DNA of 59,365 nucleotides, the filler included. It is 6 parts of 6 records of this genome, joined end to end, with 100 filler letters (N's around TTAATTAATTAA, not from the genome) between each part and the next. Parts side by side here need not be neighbours in the genome. Positions count along the whole stretch, not along the records: positions 46,119 to 54,233 come from DRR378314_2405; positions 54,334 to 59,365 come from DRR378314_2428; 4 more parts are not named here. One strand, written 5' to 3'. Every line of letters starts with the position of its first letter. Position 1 is the first letter of the stretch. A model generated the notes under the pieces. The model saw only the letters and a program-made list of their open reading frames with translations. It ran no database searches and was not told the DNA's origin. The position numbers were made by a program, and so were the translations under genes. Shown here in pieces: positions 46,500 through 59,365 of the stretch.

Positions 46500-49400
46500 A
46501 TGGATTCCGTGGCGGAATTGCGCCATTCTACGGCGTCACTATCACTCATGGAGGTAGCAAAGCATTCGTCAATGTTCCATGCTGATTCCTACGGAGCAGA
46601 TTACGCCCTCTCGCTCGAGGATAGCATGGAACTGGAGCGCAGCGTCGAGACCCTGATTGAGCACGCAGAACGCGCGGCACGCGACAAGAGCGGGGAAGTA
46701 TCACCACCGACTGGGCCATTACTTCAGGACCAACCTTTCGCCGACTCTTTGCCGTACGCTACAACAGAGCCCCATGGAGACTTTCGTAATTCTTTCGTAG
46801 ATTCCGGTACATCGCATGGTACGGAAAGCCAGGCTAGTCTGAGGAGCTTCTGCTCTGGCAAACTCGCCGTGGAAGAAGCGCCCGACGAATTTACGTCTGC
46901 GTACTTGGAGCGGGCTGAACCTTCATCCTCTTTGCCACAGCGACACGCGCAAACCGACACAGATGAAGAAAGTGATAGGATATCCAATTACAACTTCGAG
47001 TTGGAGGAAATTTCGCGTCGCGGAAACGATTCGTTGCAGGACAAGGGGACCTTGCCCGGTCTGACTGTCGAAGATGCGGACGACGCTGAAGCGGACAGCT
47101 CGTGGATGGCTCCGGAAGAGCAGCTTCCGCGCGTCGACGAGAGCCTATCGTCCCTCCGCGCCTGCTCTCCAACCGACGATGAGGAGACGCACGAACGTAT
47201 GTTATCTCCAATTGCACGTACTTCTGAAGAGAATGATTGCGAGGAATTTGATAATTCGGCTGAAAATGCGAGTTCTTCCGCTCCGATGGAAGTGGGCGCG
47301 GATGGGCGCGACATGCTCGTGCTAAGGAGAAAGCTTGGTCGGTACCGAACGGAGCTGCGAGCATCGCAACTCAGCCTGCAAAAGGCGTTGGAGAATTTAC
47401 GGCTTGTGAAAGACAAGAACGCACAACTCGAACATACCACAGAGACCAAGGAAAAAGATATGGAAGTGATAAAGCGACAGGTACGCCATGAAATTTCGTG
47501 CCCTAAATTGCAGTGGATGTGGGCGTCTTGTGTAGCACTTGTCCATACGCAACGGGCCCATGTGGCGACCAGCCCTTTCGCTAGCCTAGCGGAACCGCAC
47601 AAATTAGCGAGATTTCTTTTCTGCCTACACGTATGTACCCTTATATCGGTAATGTTCACCTATTAATGCGCTGAAGAAGAGAAGATGCAGTGGTATGAGC
47701 AAGGAGTGCGAGAGAGAATTGCGCAGGTGAAACGTGGTCGTGGGCGTGCAAGGAGGAGAGAAACGGAGGAGTGTATTCAGTTCATTGGCAGACTTCCGCC
47801 CCGCGTTTCTACATGTGTGAAATCCGAGGAAGAGTTGGGAGCTGAAAAAGGGTCGTTCGTTCATAAATTATGAATGCGACTCATCGATGGCATCGATATG
47901 TGCTCCTTTGTATGCATCTCCGAATTGCTCAGCTCGCACACGTGTGCGATCTTGGTAGCGCCGCGCCGGCAACCTATTCCATCTCCGAGAGCTTGGACCG
48001 CAACGCGCTCGAGCTTGCCACGATTGAAATTGAACAGAACCGTCGTCAGCTATGTGCGCGCGATCGAACAATTGCTCAACTGAGGGCGAGACTACAGGAA
48101 TTCGAAACATGGCGTAAAAGCGAACACGCGGCGCTGCACGAGGAAATGGAGCGCGCTTCGCTAGAGTCGGCCCAGGCACGCGTGCTATACAAGGTACGCC
48201 TCCACTCACCGGCTTCGTACTTATTCGTGCTAGCATGTACATAGACGCGATCCCAGAGTATGGATCTCTACGGTTCCGACGTACCGCTGAGCCAAGATAT
48301 ACAATCCCTTTTCTTGCCAATCTTTCGTGGTGGATGGGGCGGATGTGACTCGAGCTCGATATTTTTTTTTTTTGCATGAGTAATTCTGGTCGTCTTCGTC
48401 TCCTCCAGTGGGCTCGATTACCCATTTCCGAGGAATCTCCAGTGTAACCCACACTCCATCGTTAGATACAGGCTGGTGGCGTGCCTGTTTTCGTGAGTGG
48501 GAAGCTGGAATAGAGCTGGCCGCAGGTGTTCGGGAGAAAAAGTGTACGCTTTGAGAAATACGACTTTTTGTCGTGCATACAAGGGATACGGTAACAAGTA
48601 CAGGCTCCACTTGAATAGAATCGATACTCAGTGACAGTGAGTGGCGGGCAGATGCCTTGTGCTGAGCGCCGCTTGGCAGCGGTCCATTCTGCTTTCGCAC
48701 CGGAATTGCGCGATGCACGCTTGCGTATGGTGCAGCTGTTTCTTTATGCAGGCGATGTCTAGTGTCATAGCGTGTCTCACATCCTACTTCTTCCTATGGG
48801 TCACCTCGTACTAGGGAGCGATGCGTTCCGCTACGGAGAGCGCCCGTAGAGCACGCGACAGCGAGGCGCGCCATAGCGTCGCGGAGGAGCGCGCGCGTGT
48901 GGCGGAGCGCGGCGCTGCGGAAGCGGAGCGCCGGCTGCAGGAGAGCGAGGCCGCGTGCGCCACGCTGCGCCATCAGGTGGAAGAGTCTGATACAGAACGC
49001 CAGCGCCTTTTCGAGCAGATCCGTGCGATCAAACGGGAAAAAGAGGTATCTCTTCTAAACCAGGGACACTGGATTACGTACCATGGTCGCCTCGTTCTTC
49101 CCTGCGGTGGGGCAATGCTTGTATCCGTGCGCAAGGAACTGTTTCGATAGAACTCGTCTTCATTCTCAGAGCACAGCCCGATACTCCTTTCCCCGCACCA
49201 ACGTCACGAGCATGTGCTGGGGCGCTTGGAAACCACAATGGAATTTTATAGTTTTGATACTTTGCTATACTGATACATACAGCGTCTGTAAGACGCTCGC
49301 GCAGGGCCACGAGCACGCTGAAATTGCATCTTTGCGTTTCCCTGTCTACGCGGGCTGGGGTAACTCGGCACCGACTCCTTCCCCAAGTTGTCGTGGAGTA

Positions 49401-51578
49401 TTGCTGGTGAAAGTTTGCAAGTCTCGTCAAGGCTCATCTGCTTACTTCTTGAATGTGCTTTACTTTTGTGCGTTGAATTTATCCGAACGGAACAGTGCGC
49501 GCTGCTGGGGCCCCCGCACTTACCCTCTCGGGTTGCATCTTCTTCGTGCGCGCGCAGGACGCGGAAGAAGCTACACGCTCCGCGAGTGTGACGATCGAGG
49601 CGTTGACGAACCAGCTGGACGACATGCAGCGACTCTCCGCCACAGGCGACTCTTCCTCGCGTGGAACGAACCGAGAGGTGCAAGATGAAATCACGCGGCT
49701 GAAACGCGAGCTGATGTTGACCCGCGAGAAACTCGCGGTGTCGCACCGGACAGAGGCGGCGCTGCGCGGCGAGCTCGCGGCGCTGCACGCTGGCCCAGGC
49801 GAACCTACAGCCGTGGAGGCAGCACAGGTACGTCTACCTTTTTGAGCAGCTCGGTGTCACATTTGCAGACTTGCAGAATTGTACCGAATCAATAATTGGA
49901 TCTATTTGTCGAAAACAATAGCACAGCAACACCGTATGAGTTTTGCATTGCTCCGGTCGCGGCTGACGCATACGCCGCCTGTCGCACGAAGCGCGTAAAG
50001 GAGCACACGAAAGCTTCGCGAATCGTGCAGGACAAGGTGGATTGAGATTGCGATCTTATAGGCCATCTCTGGAGTAGAGACGACTGTACGTACGATCGTT
50101 CAGTCAGATGCTCACCATGTCACGCGCGGGCTGGAGTACGCGAGAGTCGAGGCCGTTTGCTCATGAGTCTCGTTGTTCATCGTGCGCTGTGCTCGTGCCG
50201 GCGTTTCATGACTTGACGCGTCCTTTCTGCACGCAGAATAGGGCACCTTCTAATCTTCCTGTCAAAGCGCGGGACGTAAACCAGTCATCGAACGAGTTGA
50301 AAAAATTACAAGCACAGATTGAGGGATTAGAGAAATCAAATCATGAGCTACAGCTTGGGATCGACGAGAAAACAGGGCTGTTGGAGAGGCAACTTCGCGA
50401 GCGTGAGGATGTCGCAAGGGAGAACGCAATGCTCAAGACCCAAGTTCACGCGCTTGAGCAACGAATTTCCGCCGCGTCTGAAGCACAGAAGCATGTAGAA
50501 AAACTGTTATCAGATTGTGAGGCTTTGCAAAATGTGAATCTTGAGCTTCTACAGGCGAACCAGCGAGCTGTAGCCGCAAAGCGGCGCTATGCAGGTCGAA
50601 TACGTGAGCTCGAGGATCGACTGCGGCAGGACGGATCATCGCGAGGCTCAGCGCGGTACGTACGATAACATTACAGAACGAGGAGCTCTCTGAGATGGTG
50701 GAGTCCGAGAGAAAGCTCAATGTCATGCATAAAAAGGAAAGATGGTCATACTTGTACGCATGTCGCGAAGCTAAGTTATCGGGCGCTTGCGAGTGTGCTC
50801 GATTGCATTCGGCTGCGCATGCAACTGAGTGTGCGCCGTATTCTCCGACAGACGCACCCGAAGCAGTGGAAAGAACATGAGCAGTTAATCCAAGTCGAAA
50901 CAAAATGGATTCGCATGAAGAACACGTATTGGATTGGCATACGTATCAATTTATGACGTTTGTGTGGACAATTGCAATGGCGTTTCTTCCTTCTCTCGCG
51001 ATGCTCGACCGGCTTCTATCCGTCGCACCGTTCAGTCTCAACAAGTATCGCACCGATCACTGTATATTCGATTGTCACGTTGCTGTGCCTGTACCTGCAA
51101 TCGTATTTCCCCTCCTTTGTACCAATGTTACAGGAGCAACAATGGTCGTCTTTCTGCACGACATCATCCTGTGCAGTCATTGGATCATAAGGAAGAAAAC
51201 CAGCAACGCGATGGCAAGGTGCGGTCCATGTTGCTCTCGTTCGTAGGTACCGTTAGCGGCGCGGATGAGGCATCCGCTTTGGAATAAGGGCCCTCAGTGT
51301 CACATACGGAAGCTGTTGTAGTATTCCAAATGTACGAGAAACGAGTGACAGAGTTGCACTTCAAGTTTCATTTCTAATTTATGTCGATGTATTGTGTGCT
51401 GATCGCGTTGCAGACTTGCGGTGACGGAGCGCAGTGCTCCCGCGTATCATCTGCGGCGAGCGGTGAGAGCTCGCATTCGCGTAGCTCATCTCCAGCGCCT
51501 TCCACAGACGAACCGACCCTGCGCCCGATGCATGATCCAGACGAGACTCGAGGGAGTACTGAGCAACGTTTATCGTGA
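46500..51578 (+). CDS. Large coiled-coil protein with acidic disordered N terminus, multi-exon
   Basis: Phase-0 exons 46500-47480, 47933-48193, 48815-49045, 49558-49827, 50237-~50655 encode continuous heptad-rich sequence; 3' exon structure and stop are uncertain. Confidence 0.7.
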
Positions 51579-52209
51579 AAGGAATGACAATGTAATGACG
51601 CGGAAAGCTCTTTCTAACAGGAAAGACCAAAACTCAAGCGCGGTGTTCTCTGTAGCTTTCTCCAGCGCCCAGCGCGCCGCGCTCTGGCTGCCGGGTAAAC
51701 ACGCGACGCCGCTTTGCCACACGCAAAGGAGCGCGCCGCGCTCCAAATACACCAAAACCGTGGGATCTGCAAAGTTCGGAGAGGAACCGTACGTGCGACG
51801 TAGTCTTAGATACGTGTGTACAAGGGTTTTGATGTTCGCGCGGATCCTGTTGCGATCTTGAGACAGGGTGCGCACGACACTGCTTGCGCGAAACACCAGC
51901 TCATTCCACTCGTTACTGCACGGAGATACGCGGTCGTGCGCTCAGCGTTGTCGGTGTGGAATGATGTGCAAGATTCGTACGTCGCACTGCATAGGCCCCT
52001 TTGTGTCGCAGAAGAGCGCGCAGCCGCAGGCACTACATCGTGGGCGTGCCAGGCACAGTCTAACGAAAGAATGTGCCTCCGGGTTTGATTCGCAGTACAA
52101 CCGTTCTTTCATTCACGAAAATGAAACCACCCTTTTGCATTTTTTTCCATGCGATAGACATCGCTTCCTGCTCGGTCCATCGTATCGAGCAGCTATCCTG
52201 TTCGCTGCG

Positions 52210-54110
52210 CTAATGCATTCCTCCTCCATGCGACGCGATGTTGTACACCGAGAGAGCGATCTCGCCAGCGATCAAGAAAATAATGATCCACTCGAGTTTG
52301 TCCGACTTTTTGTGATTGAGAATCTCCAGGAAAAATTTCGTGTTTTGCTACACGAATAGTAATGGTTTGTTGCAGTTGGATATAACGGCAGAGCAAACAG
52401 GATAATGCGGTTGGGTATTGCACAAGTGCGCGCGCTTCGCACCGGCGCAGTGCCCCGCGCATTTCCCGCACGGCGGCTCAGACGCAGAACAGGTGAATTT
52501 ATGAATCCGCACAACGAAATCTCACGGAAAATAGATAGAATGTCCGTACAAGAATACACAAGTCGCTGAATTGCAGGCTCCTCGGGAACAATCTCGCGGA
52601 TTTTGCCGCTTCCCAGTATTCATGCGCTGCAATAGCTAGAGAATGAGCGGCTGTCCCTCTCGCGCACCTGAATCAGATCAAGCTTGAAATCGACACTGGT
52701 GAATCGCTCACGTAACTCAAACTCATTCTTGAGTCCTTGCCACATGCGTTCATAGGCATCGCCAAACTTCCACGCCGTTTCCGAGCTGTATCATCCAAGG
52801 GCGTACCATACACGAAGTTAGGCACGTGAAAGAACGACTCCTGTGGGGACGCTCCTGACTGCAAATTCTCCGCAGCGGCGCTTTATCACAGTGCAGTTCT
52901 TGCTTCGACCGACGTGTCGTCGCTTTTGCGCTCGTGCAAACACGTACCGGTCCAGGATACCGATTTTCGTGATAACATCAGTCAAGATAGCATTGTTCTG
53001 CGCAATAAGGCGGAAGAGCTCCTTTTGTTGGACTTGGAATTCTCCCTGACTTTCCACTGCGACAAGAGAGAGAAAAAAGCATCAACACGGAGCATTCAGG
53101 AAACGTAGAGAGATTCTCGCGCGAGAGGCGCTGTGGAGCGGAATCGTAGCAGTCGTTTCTCGCTTCTGTGCCGCGTTCGGTACATCCCGAATATACTGAA
53201 AAGGCTTACCACCATACCGATGTCCCAGCAACGTATATGACATACTGGTGTACTCGTCCAAAAGGGTAGCTATTACATCAAGTGAAGCACGGCAAAAAAG
53301 AAATACGTTCTGCGACTGCAGGATCTACGGGCGAATCAAAGACCAACTGCGGACACCAACGACACTCGCCACCTGCGTAGCGGCATGGTCGACAATCATC
53401 AGTCGCGAGACACATGCTAAAGCGCAACAAATTTACAAGCATACGAAATGTTTTCGTACCTTGTTCATTTAATCGAGAAAAAGTGGACAGCATGCTGTCA
53501 ACTTCCAGTTCGTAGTGCTGCATTGCCACCGTCTGGCCCATGACTGCGCGCAGGGAAAATCGCAACGCACGTCGCAGAAAAAATTGAAATAAATTCAAAC
53601 CAGAAGCCCGCCGGCCAGGTGTTCAATGGTCTTCATCTACAATTCAGAGTAAACGCATTCTATAGAAATACGAGCAATGTCTTGAGTACGAGAACATCCA
53701 TCTGTCGCGGTAGCAAAGTCGCAAGCCTCAAATCCAGCAGTGGCAAGCCGCGCGACTTGCAACGCAAAGCCGCTGTGAACAGAGACTTTCTCGGATCGGA
53801 AAACGCATAGAGAGGAACAATGATACGCTTGCAGCGAGCGAGCTAATTTTGCATAATGCTGAGCTGATGCATATTCTTCAGCCTCGTGCCAAACTCGGGG
53901 CATTGCGGGGGAAAACGAGTCAAGATGAAAGAAAAAAACTACTACGAAAACGCACACAGCGCCGAAGCTTCCCAAATTTGGAAGCCAGCTGCTCAGGACG
54001 GTACGTACCACCTGCGATTACTTTCATCGCGTTCACGTCCAAATCGCGAAGGAGCATATAATCATACTTAATCGCATGCGATTGTCCCAGATTTCGGCGT
54101 ATAACAATGC
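52210..54110 (-). CDS. RMND1/Rmd1/DUF155 family protein (plant RRG-like), 5 visible exons, 5'-truncated
   Basis: Exons 54110-54009, 53543-53460, 53056-52948, 52785-52668, 52347-52210 give VMGQTVAMQHYELEVD...ELFRLIAQNN...LDRSETAW...EFELRERF...DFKL...KKSDKLEWIIIFLIAGEI. Confidence 0.88.
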
Positions 54111-54208
54111 CTGAGAAGTGACCCAAACGATCCACCCAGCGCAGGTCCGGAACGCGGGCGCACAGCGGAACGTGAGGCGCGTCGCAGCAAACGAGCGAGG
54201 GCGACGGG

Positions 54209-54233
54209 GAGAGAGAGAGAGAGAGAGAGAGAG
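54209..54233. repeat. (GA)n microsatellite at contig end
   Basis: About 12 GA units running into the spacer; lies in an intron of the DUF155 gene. Confidence 0.95.
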
Positions 54234-54333
54234 NNNNNNNNNNNNNNNNNNNNNNNNNNNNNNNNNNNNNNNNNNNNTTAATTAATTAANNNNNNNNNNN
54301 NNNNNNNNNNNNNNNNNNNNNNNNNNNNNNNNN
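54234..54333. other. Artificial contig spacer 5
   Basis: N run with TTAATTAATTAA. Confidence 0.99.
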
Positions 54334-55807
54334 ACAACAATAGAAATCCAGAGATGGTTGTCATCTCGCTTTCTGGCGGGCACAACGTACCGACTTTGCC
54401 AACGAAGATCCGCACGCAATCTGATGGTGTCGCAGAGGATCAAACGCTCCTGTGACACACAACGACCTGCACAATGGAGCAGCACACCAAAGAATGAAGT
54501 TCATAATGCGAGGTGAGAGGACGAAAAAAAGAAGAAAGCGAACCACCTTGCATGCACGCTATACCGTCGTGTGCACCGCTCCGCACTGTCCTCCGAAGGA
54601 GATGACCGCTTGAGGAATACACGTTCGCGAGATGGCCAGTACGTACGCGATCTCGCTGTGTCCCTGTCTAGCCGACATTAGGAGACACAGCGGAGAGAAA
54701 GGTGCAGCAAAGCAAAACATACCGGAATAACACGGCAGTGTCTGAAAGGTTCCGGATCGCGACCGTGAGAGGCGCATACGTTTGCGTCATGACGCGAGAC
54801 AGCACATGCAGAATGCGGTCAAGCAGCTCAGGCGCTGAGACGCAGGATCGCGCGAGTTGCACGACTGCAGCGCATAGCGACAATGAAAAGCACAGCACGC
54901 GTTTCGCAGCAAAAAAGACGCAGGCGTGGCGAATCAGTACTACCCTGAAAAAGCGTTGGGGAAACGATTGGGAGACTAGCGCGCATTCTCCTGTCGAGGA
55001 GCGCATGCATGCCGCGTTACAGCGCCGCGGCGACGTCTTGCAACACGTACAGACCGCTACGCGCACAAACGAGCGGCGCTTGGGGGAAAGCGCCCCCGCC
55101 CCGCCACACAGGTACAAAGTGAGAACCATGTGAAAGGAAGAACAACATGGTGTTGTGCGTCTACCACGGTATCCACATGATGTGCATAGCAGCGACGCGG
55201 TGCTTGTTGCCCTGGGGGAGTGCCGTGGCAGTTTGGCGCTCCGCTGCGAGCTTGCGCTGCGCGCCGGGCGCCAACGTACTGAGCTTTGCGGTGGCGTTCG
55301 CGAGACCCGAGGCGTCAAGATCTCGGAGCGCGACGCGGACGATATCAAACGCAACCTGTACACAGCAAACGCGCACGTAGTCCACGACAGTGCGCGCAGA
55401 TGTTTCAGTCCATAGCAGGGATGGGCGCGATTGCGCGCGCCGCGTGGCAGCAGGCGAGCAGCTGCCTCTCCCGAACCCTAGCCTTAGCAAGTCTACGATC
55501 CTGCTCCTCCACCACACGTCTCCCAGTGCATCGGTCTGTTAAGGAGCCCATCAGGGAACTCGTGCGCGGCACTACCGCCCTTTCACACGCTGTACTACGA
55601 ACACCCGATCAACCTCTCGTACACCGCAGAGCGGTGGTTTCGTGCGACACACAAGCACACTCACACAGCGGTTCCGATGCTGCGACGCTGCGAGAACCGC
55701 GAAAGTGGCCGCAGTGCTCCATCCGATCGTATCGGGCGAGAAATCGGGACCATGACAAAGAGTGCCGCACTCCAAGGCACGAGAAGCCCGTAATCTCTGA
55801 AACGTAC

Positions 55808-58800
55808 GCCAAGCATTTCCTCGGTCGGTGGTGCCGTCTGAATAATGTGCGCGAAAAGCGCCGCTGTGGGCAGTGCGGCCTTTTCGCCGAAATCCGCGAC
55901 CGCTCGGCGCAGGACGGCGGCAGCGACTGCGTGCGCGTCTTTCCAGGCGGGCTCGCTCGTGCCAGCGACGTCGGAAGGAGAATCCACTTCATCGCCGGAA
56001 CGACGCTCCGGCGGAGCTAGCCGCGCGCCGATCGCGTGCCATAGCGACGCAGCGGTGCGAGGCATCGAAGTGCTTGCGATTGCAAAGCGTGTAAGCGCTG
56101 CGTAAAAGGTGTCATCGCCGAGCCAGGTAGAGGCAAACTGCGCGTCACGCGACACCGCAGCACACAGGACATTGCACAGCGCAGATGCATGAACGTCGTT
56201 TCCGCTCGCCACGTGAGAAGCAAGCAGACTGTGCCACACCGGGCGCGGTGTAGCGGCAATTCGCTCCACCAGGGCCGGTGAGCGGTCCGCATACGAGCCA
56301 ATCACGCTGGCGTACGCGACCGCTTCCGCAGGTTTGCCAGAAGCCGCGGCCTGCTGCCACGCCTGAAGCACCGGATCGTACACGGTGCTCAGGAGCGGTC
56401 CGAGGAATGCCATTGCCGGCCGATTCGACACGGCCACCATCGTATCGGCAGCAGCTACAATGGTCGCTGCGGGACTTTCCGGCGACAATATCACGGCGAT
56501 GAGCGCTTCAGCGGCGTCGAGTACCACAAGGGCGTCGCAGAGCCGCTGCGCTGGGTCGCCGTCCGGCGCCCGCACGGCCGCAGCCGCAACGGCCGCTGCG
56601 TGCAGCCCCGCCCCGCGCGCGAAATCAGCGATCCCATGCGCGCTGGCCGTGGTTGCCGCGTGCGCTACCGCACAACACGCGAGCGTATGCAGACGAATGC
56701 GTGAGGTGTCGAGTGCCGACCATCTGTTCGGTGCAGCATTGCCCCTGCGCGCGGGACTGCCCTCCGCGGGCGAGCGCGGCGGCGCTTCCGCGCGGTCTTC
56801 TCCGCGGGCCCGTTCCGAATCCACGGGCTGCACGGCACCGCCGTCTGCGCGGGTTTCGGCGCCCTCGACCATTACCAGATCGTTGTCCTCGTCGCACACA
56901 GGGCTTGAAGACGCAGAAGAGCAGACTCGTTTCTCCTCAGCGACGGATTGTGCTGCTGGACTGGGCGCTTTCTCTTCGCGCCTCTGCGTTGGCGACTCGC
57001 TCGCACACGCAGCATGCGCGGCGTGGTCCGCCACGCCGGCTCGTGGCGTTACCGCCCCGTTTCGCCCACCGGCGAACCCCGTGCCGCTGTGCTGCGCGGC
57101 GAGCGAGCGCGCCAGAGCGAGCGCGTCTGTCAGCTGGTCCAGCGGAAACGTGAGAGCGCGGTGCGCACCAGCAAACACGGGAGCGGTATCGCGTTCCGCG
57201 CACTCCGCCAGCGCGATTCGAAGAGCGCGCACGGCGCCAAACGGCTCCATCGCCGCGAAATCTTGCTGCCGCACGCCATTTCCATCACGTGGAGCTGCGC
57301 CGCACCCCTCGCGCCCGACTTCCCGCTCATTGTCTCCACTAGCGGATACCCTGTTCGGCGCTGCTCCGCCCGCCGTCGCGCAATGAGCAACGGCAATGGC
57401 AAGAATGTCGTCAACCAAACCATCATGCACAGCGGCGGCGGTTGCGCGCGGCCGCACGTGCACTAGCTCTGCCAACAGGTCGGTGAAGTCGCCAATAACC
57501 TCCGGCGTGCGGTCGCACGCGCGAGGGAACGCGCCGCGCCATGCGTCGAGCAGGGTCCTCGCCGCGCTGTCCGCGTCAACTGTATCGAACAGAGCCGCCG
57601 CAGTCCCGCGCACGTCCACTCGGGCTCGCGGAGCAGTGTGCAAGGCGTTTAGAGCGCACGTCGCCTCGCTCACGGCCGGCGAGTCGTTGACGGAGGCGTC
57701 GCTCTGGCTTGTGTCTTCCCATTCGTGCTCGGTACCTTCGCCGCTCTGCGACGGGCTATCGGCGGGCGTGTCGTCCGTGGAGCGATCGCGGTACGCTAAA
57801 ATTCCATCGTCGGCCTTGCCCGCGTTCTCATGCACTGAGTCTGCGAGAGTTTCATGCATCGGCACCGTATTGTACGCGGGATGCTGCGCGCGGTCTACAC
57901 AGCTCGCGTCATTCTGTGCTGCCTCTGCGACCTGCTTGTCACGCAAGTCATCGGCAGCGACAGGTGAAGCCTCGGTAGCGCTGCCGTTTCCGCTGGTGGG
58001 TTCACGCGTATCCGCCGCTCGACTGTCGCCCGATGGTGCTTGCGGGGCGCTTGCCCATGTTCCCGCGTGCTCCGCAGGTAGACGGGAGTCTGGGACAGAA
58101 TCAGCTTCGCGGAGTGCGCGGATGATCATCATCAGGCAGCGGAACGCCCACGTGCGAGCTGACGCATCAAAACACGAGAGCGTGTTTTCGCCAATCCAGC
58201 GAGCAGCGGTGCCTGGCGCTTCGATCGCTCGGCACAGAGCGCGTACATCGTGCCGAATGGCGACTTGCAGGGTATCGATCCAAGCCTGTGCGTCGGGGGC
58301 GTCGCGCACGCGCAGAACAGAGCCAAAGAAAACATCAAGCGCAGTGCCAATCGGAACGGCACCATACTTTGCCAGAGTGCGCACGAACAGCCAGTACTCC
58401 TCGTCGAAAGCAGCACAGTGAGTGGCAAAGTCGCGATTGTCGTCTTCCACCGCTCTGCGAAGAGCGTCGGGAATTTCCGCCAAGAGATTAGCGTCGCGCT
58501 CACTCGGCGGCGCGCACCCGCGCCGACGAGGATCCAGCGCCGACGCGCTGGCGAGGACGTTGCGGTACTCGTCGTCATCGCCTACCGGTTCCTCTGCACT
58601 TCCGCAGGAAGCGCTGTCGGAGCGCGCGCCACTTCCCGCGGCGAATGCGGCACGGACGCGCTCGATTTCTGCACGCGTGACATCCCCTGTGGACTCACAC
58701 CCTAGCAGACCCAAATCTTGTGCGTGTGCAAATGCACGGCCACAATCAGCATCCGCGCTGCGACCGACGTCGGGGTTGCTTGCGTCGCACGGCGGCGCAG

Positions 58801-59365
58801 CCCGGCCCGACGCGACCGCGGCGCCGCAGCGCTCGTAGAAGAGCATGTACGCCGACATCGACGCGTTCTGTCCTGTCGTACGATTTCCGCCGAACGCTGC
58901 ACGCGGCATGTCTTCGGGCTTGAATTCCGTGATGATGGAATCGTCACATCGCAGCCAGGTGCGTCGGTTACTTCCCGGCTGCGTGTGGGCGACAAGCGCG
59001 ACGTAGTGACCGGAGAGCGCGGTGCCGCCGTGCAGCACAACGCCAGCGAGCCGGTACTGCGCTCCGTGCGCAGCTGCTTCGGCCGTCGCATACGGCGCCA
59101 TATCCAACAGCGCCGGAAACGATGCCCGGTCATCGACTTTCCGGCGTTCCATAGTGGTCAAGTTGAACTCAAACCGCTTGAAGTGAAACGCGAGAACGTG
59201 CGGCAAGCGCGCGAAGCGTGCGCGTCGCCGCGCGGCTACGTGCCGCTTCAGCACATCGCTCCAGTACATGTTCGCGCCGTGCAAGATCTCGTCGCGCGTA
59301 AACGCGTCGAGCGCTTCGGCGAGGGAAGGTGCGGCGGCAACATCGACGGGGACGGCCACGAGCTC
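55808..59365 (-). CDS. Ubiquitin-specific protease (peptidase C19, USP9/24/34-like architecture), partial: catalytic C-half plus long C-terminal region
   Basis: LPHVLAFHFKRFEFN, KVDDRASFP, YRLAGVVLHGGTALSGHY (His box), WLRCDD, AFGG, SAYMLFYER; exon of more than 3.5 kb ending at a GGC|GTACGT donor, with further small exons likely to ~54720. Confidence 0.88.

Noticed and set aside
22718..54233. Alternative genetic code or mass pseudogenisation explaining the fragmented ORFs
   Set aside because: Standard-code, phase-consistent GT-AG splicing restores intact conserved proteins ending in TAG
22718..54233. Introner-like repeated introns
   Set aside because: By eye the introns share no extended similarity or terminal repeats; an all-versus-all BLASTN would be needed to exclude this fully
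13350..54333. Five copies of TTAATTAATTAA within N runs as a repeat family or CRISPR-like array
   Set aside because: Artificial six-frame stop linkers inserted between contigs
56385..58838. Long plus-strand ORFs (333 and 341 aa) opposite the USP exon
   Set aside because: Low-complexity antisense frames of a GC-rich exon

Overview
This window is not one locus. It is six unrelated contigs joined by artificial 100-bp N-TTAATTAATTAA-N spacers. Contig 1 (1-13349) is a Marinobacter-like gammaproteobacterial housekeeping region: gltA, a 3-hydroxyisobutyrate dehydrogenase-family gene, topA, fadBA with a PsrA-type box, a secreted hypothetical protein, usp, a MOSC-uup-DUF operon and a tRNA-Gly 3' end. 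Contig 2 (13450-22617) is Rhodobacteraceae/Roseobacter-like: ubiE-ubiB, a thiolase, an XRE-cupin regulator, kbl-tdh, tryptophan dioxygenase plus an alpha/beta-hydrolase formamidase, and infB. Contigs 3-6 (22718-59365) come from one or more intron-rich unidentified eukaryotes, and most short ORFs there are noise. Hand-splicing GT-AG introns recovers OGFOD3, TXNDC9/PhLP3, a multi-exon TFxP-repeat protein, the C-terminal half of a CPR/NOS-type diflavin reductase, two coiled-coil proteins, an RMND1/DUF155 protein and a USP deubiquitinase. The most interesting signal is the reductase. It keeps the catalytic Ser/Cys/Asp but has Ala at the FAD-shielding Trp/Phe position and lacks the NADPH 2'-phosphate motif, which suggests a natural NADH-type diflavin module. 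The second is a repeated TTCCG-N6-CGGAA operator that defines a probable XRE-cupin regulon over threonine (and possibly tryptophan) catabolism. No CRISPR, phage, transposase or defence genes were seen. Taxon assignments are by recognition, not database search.
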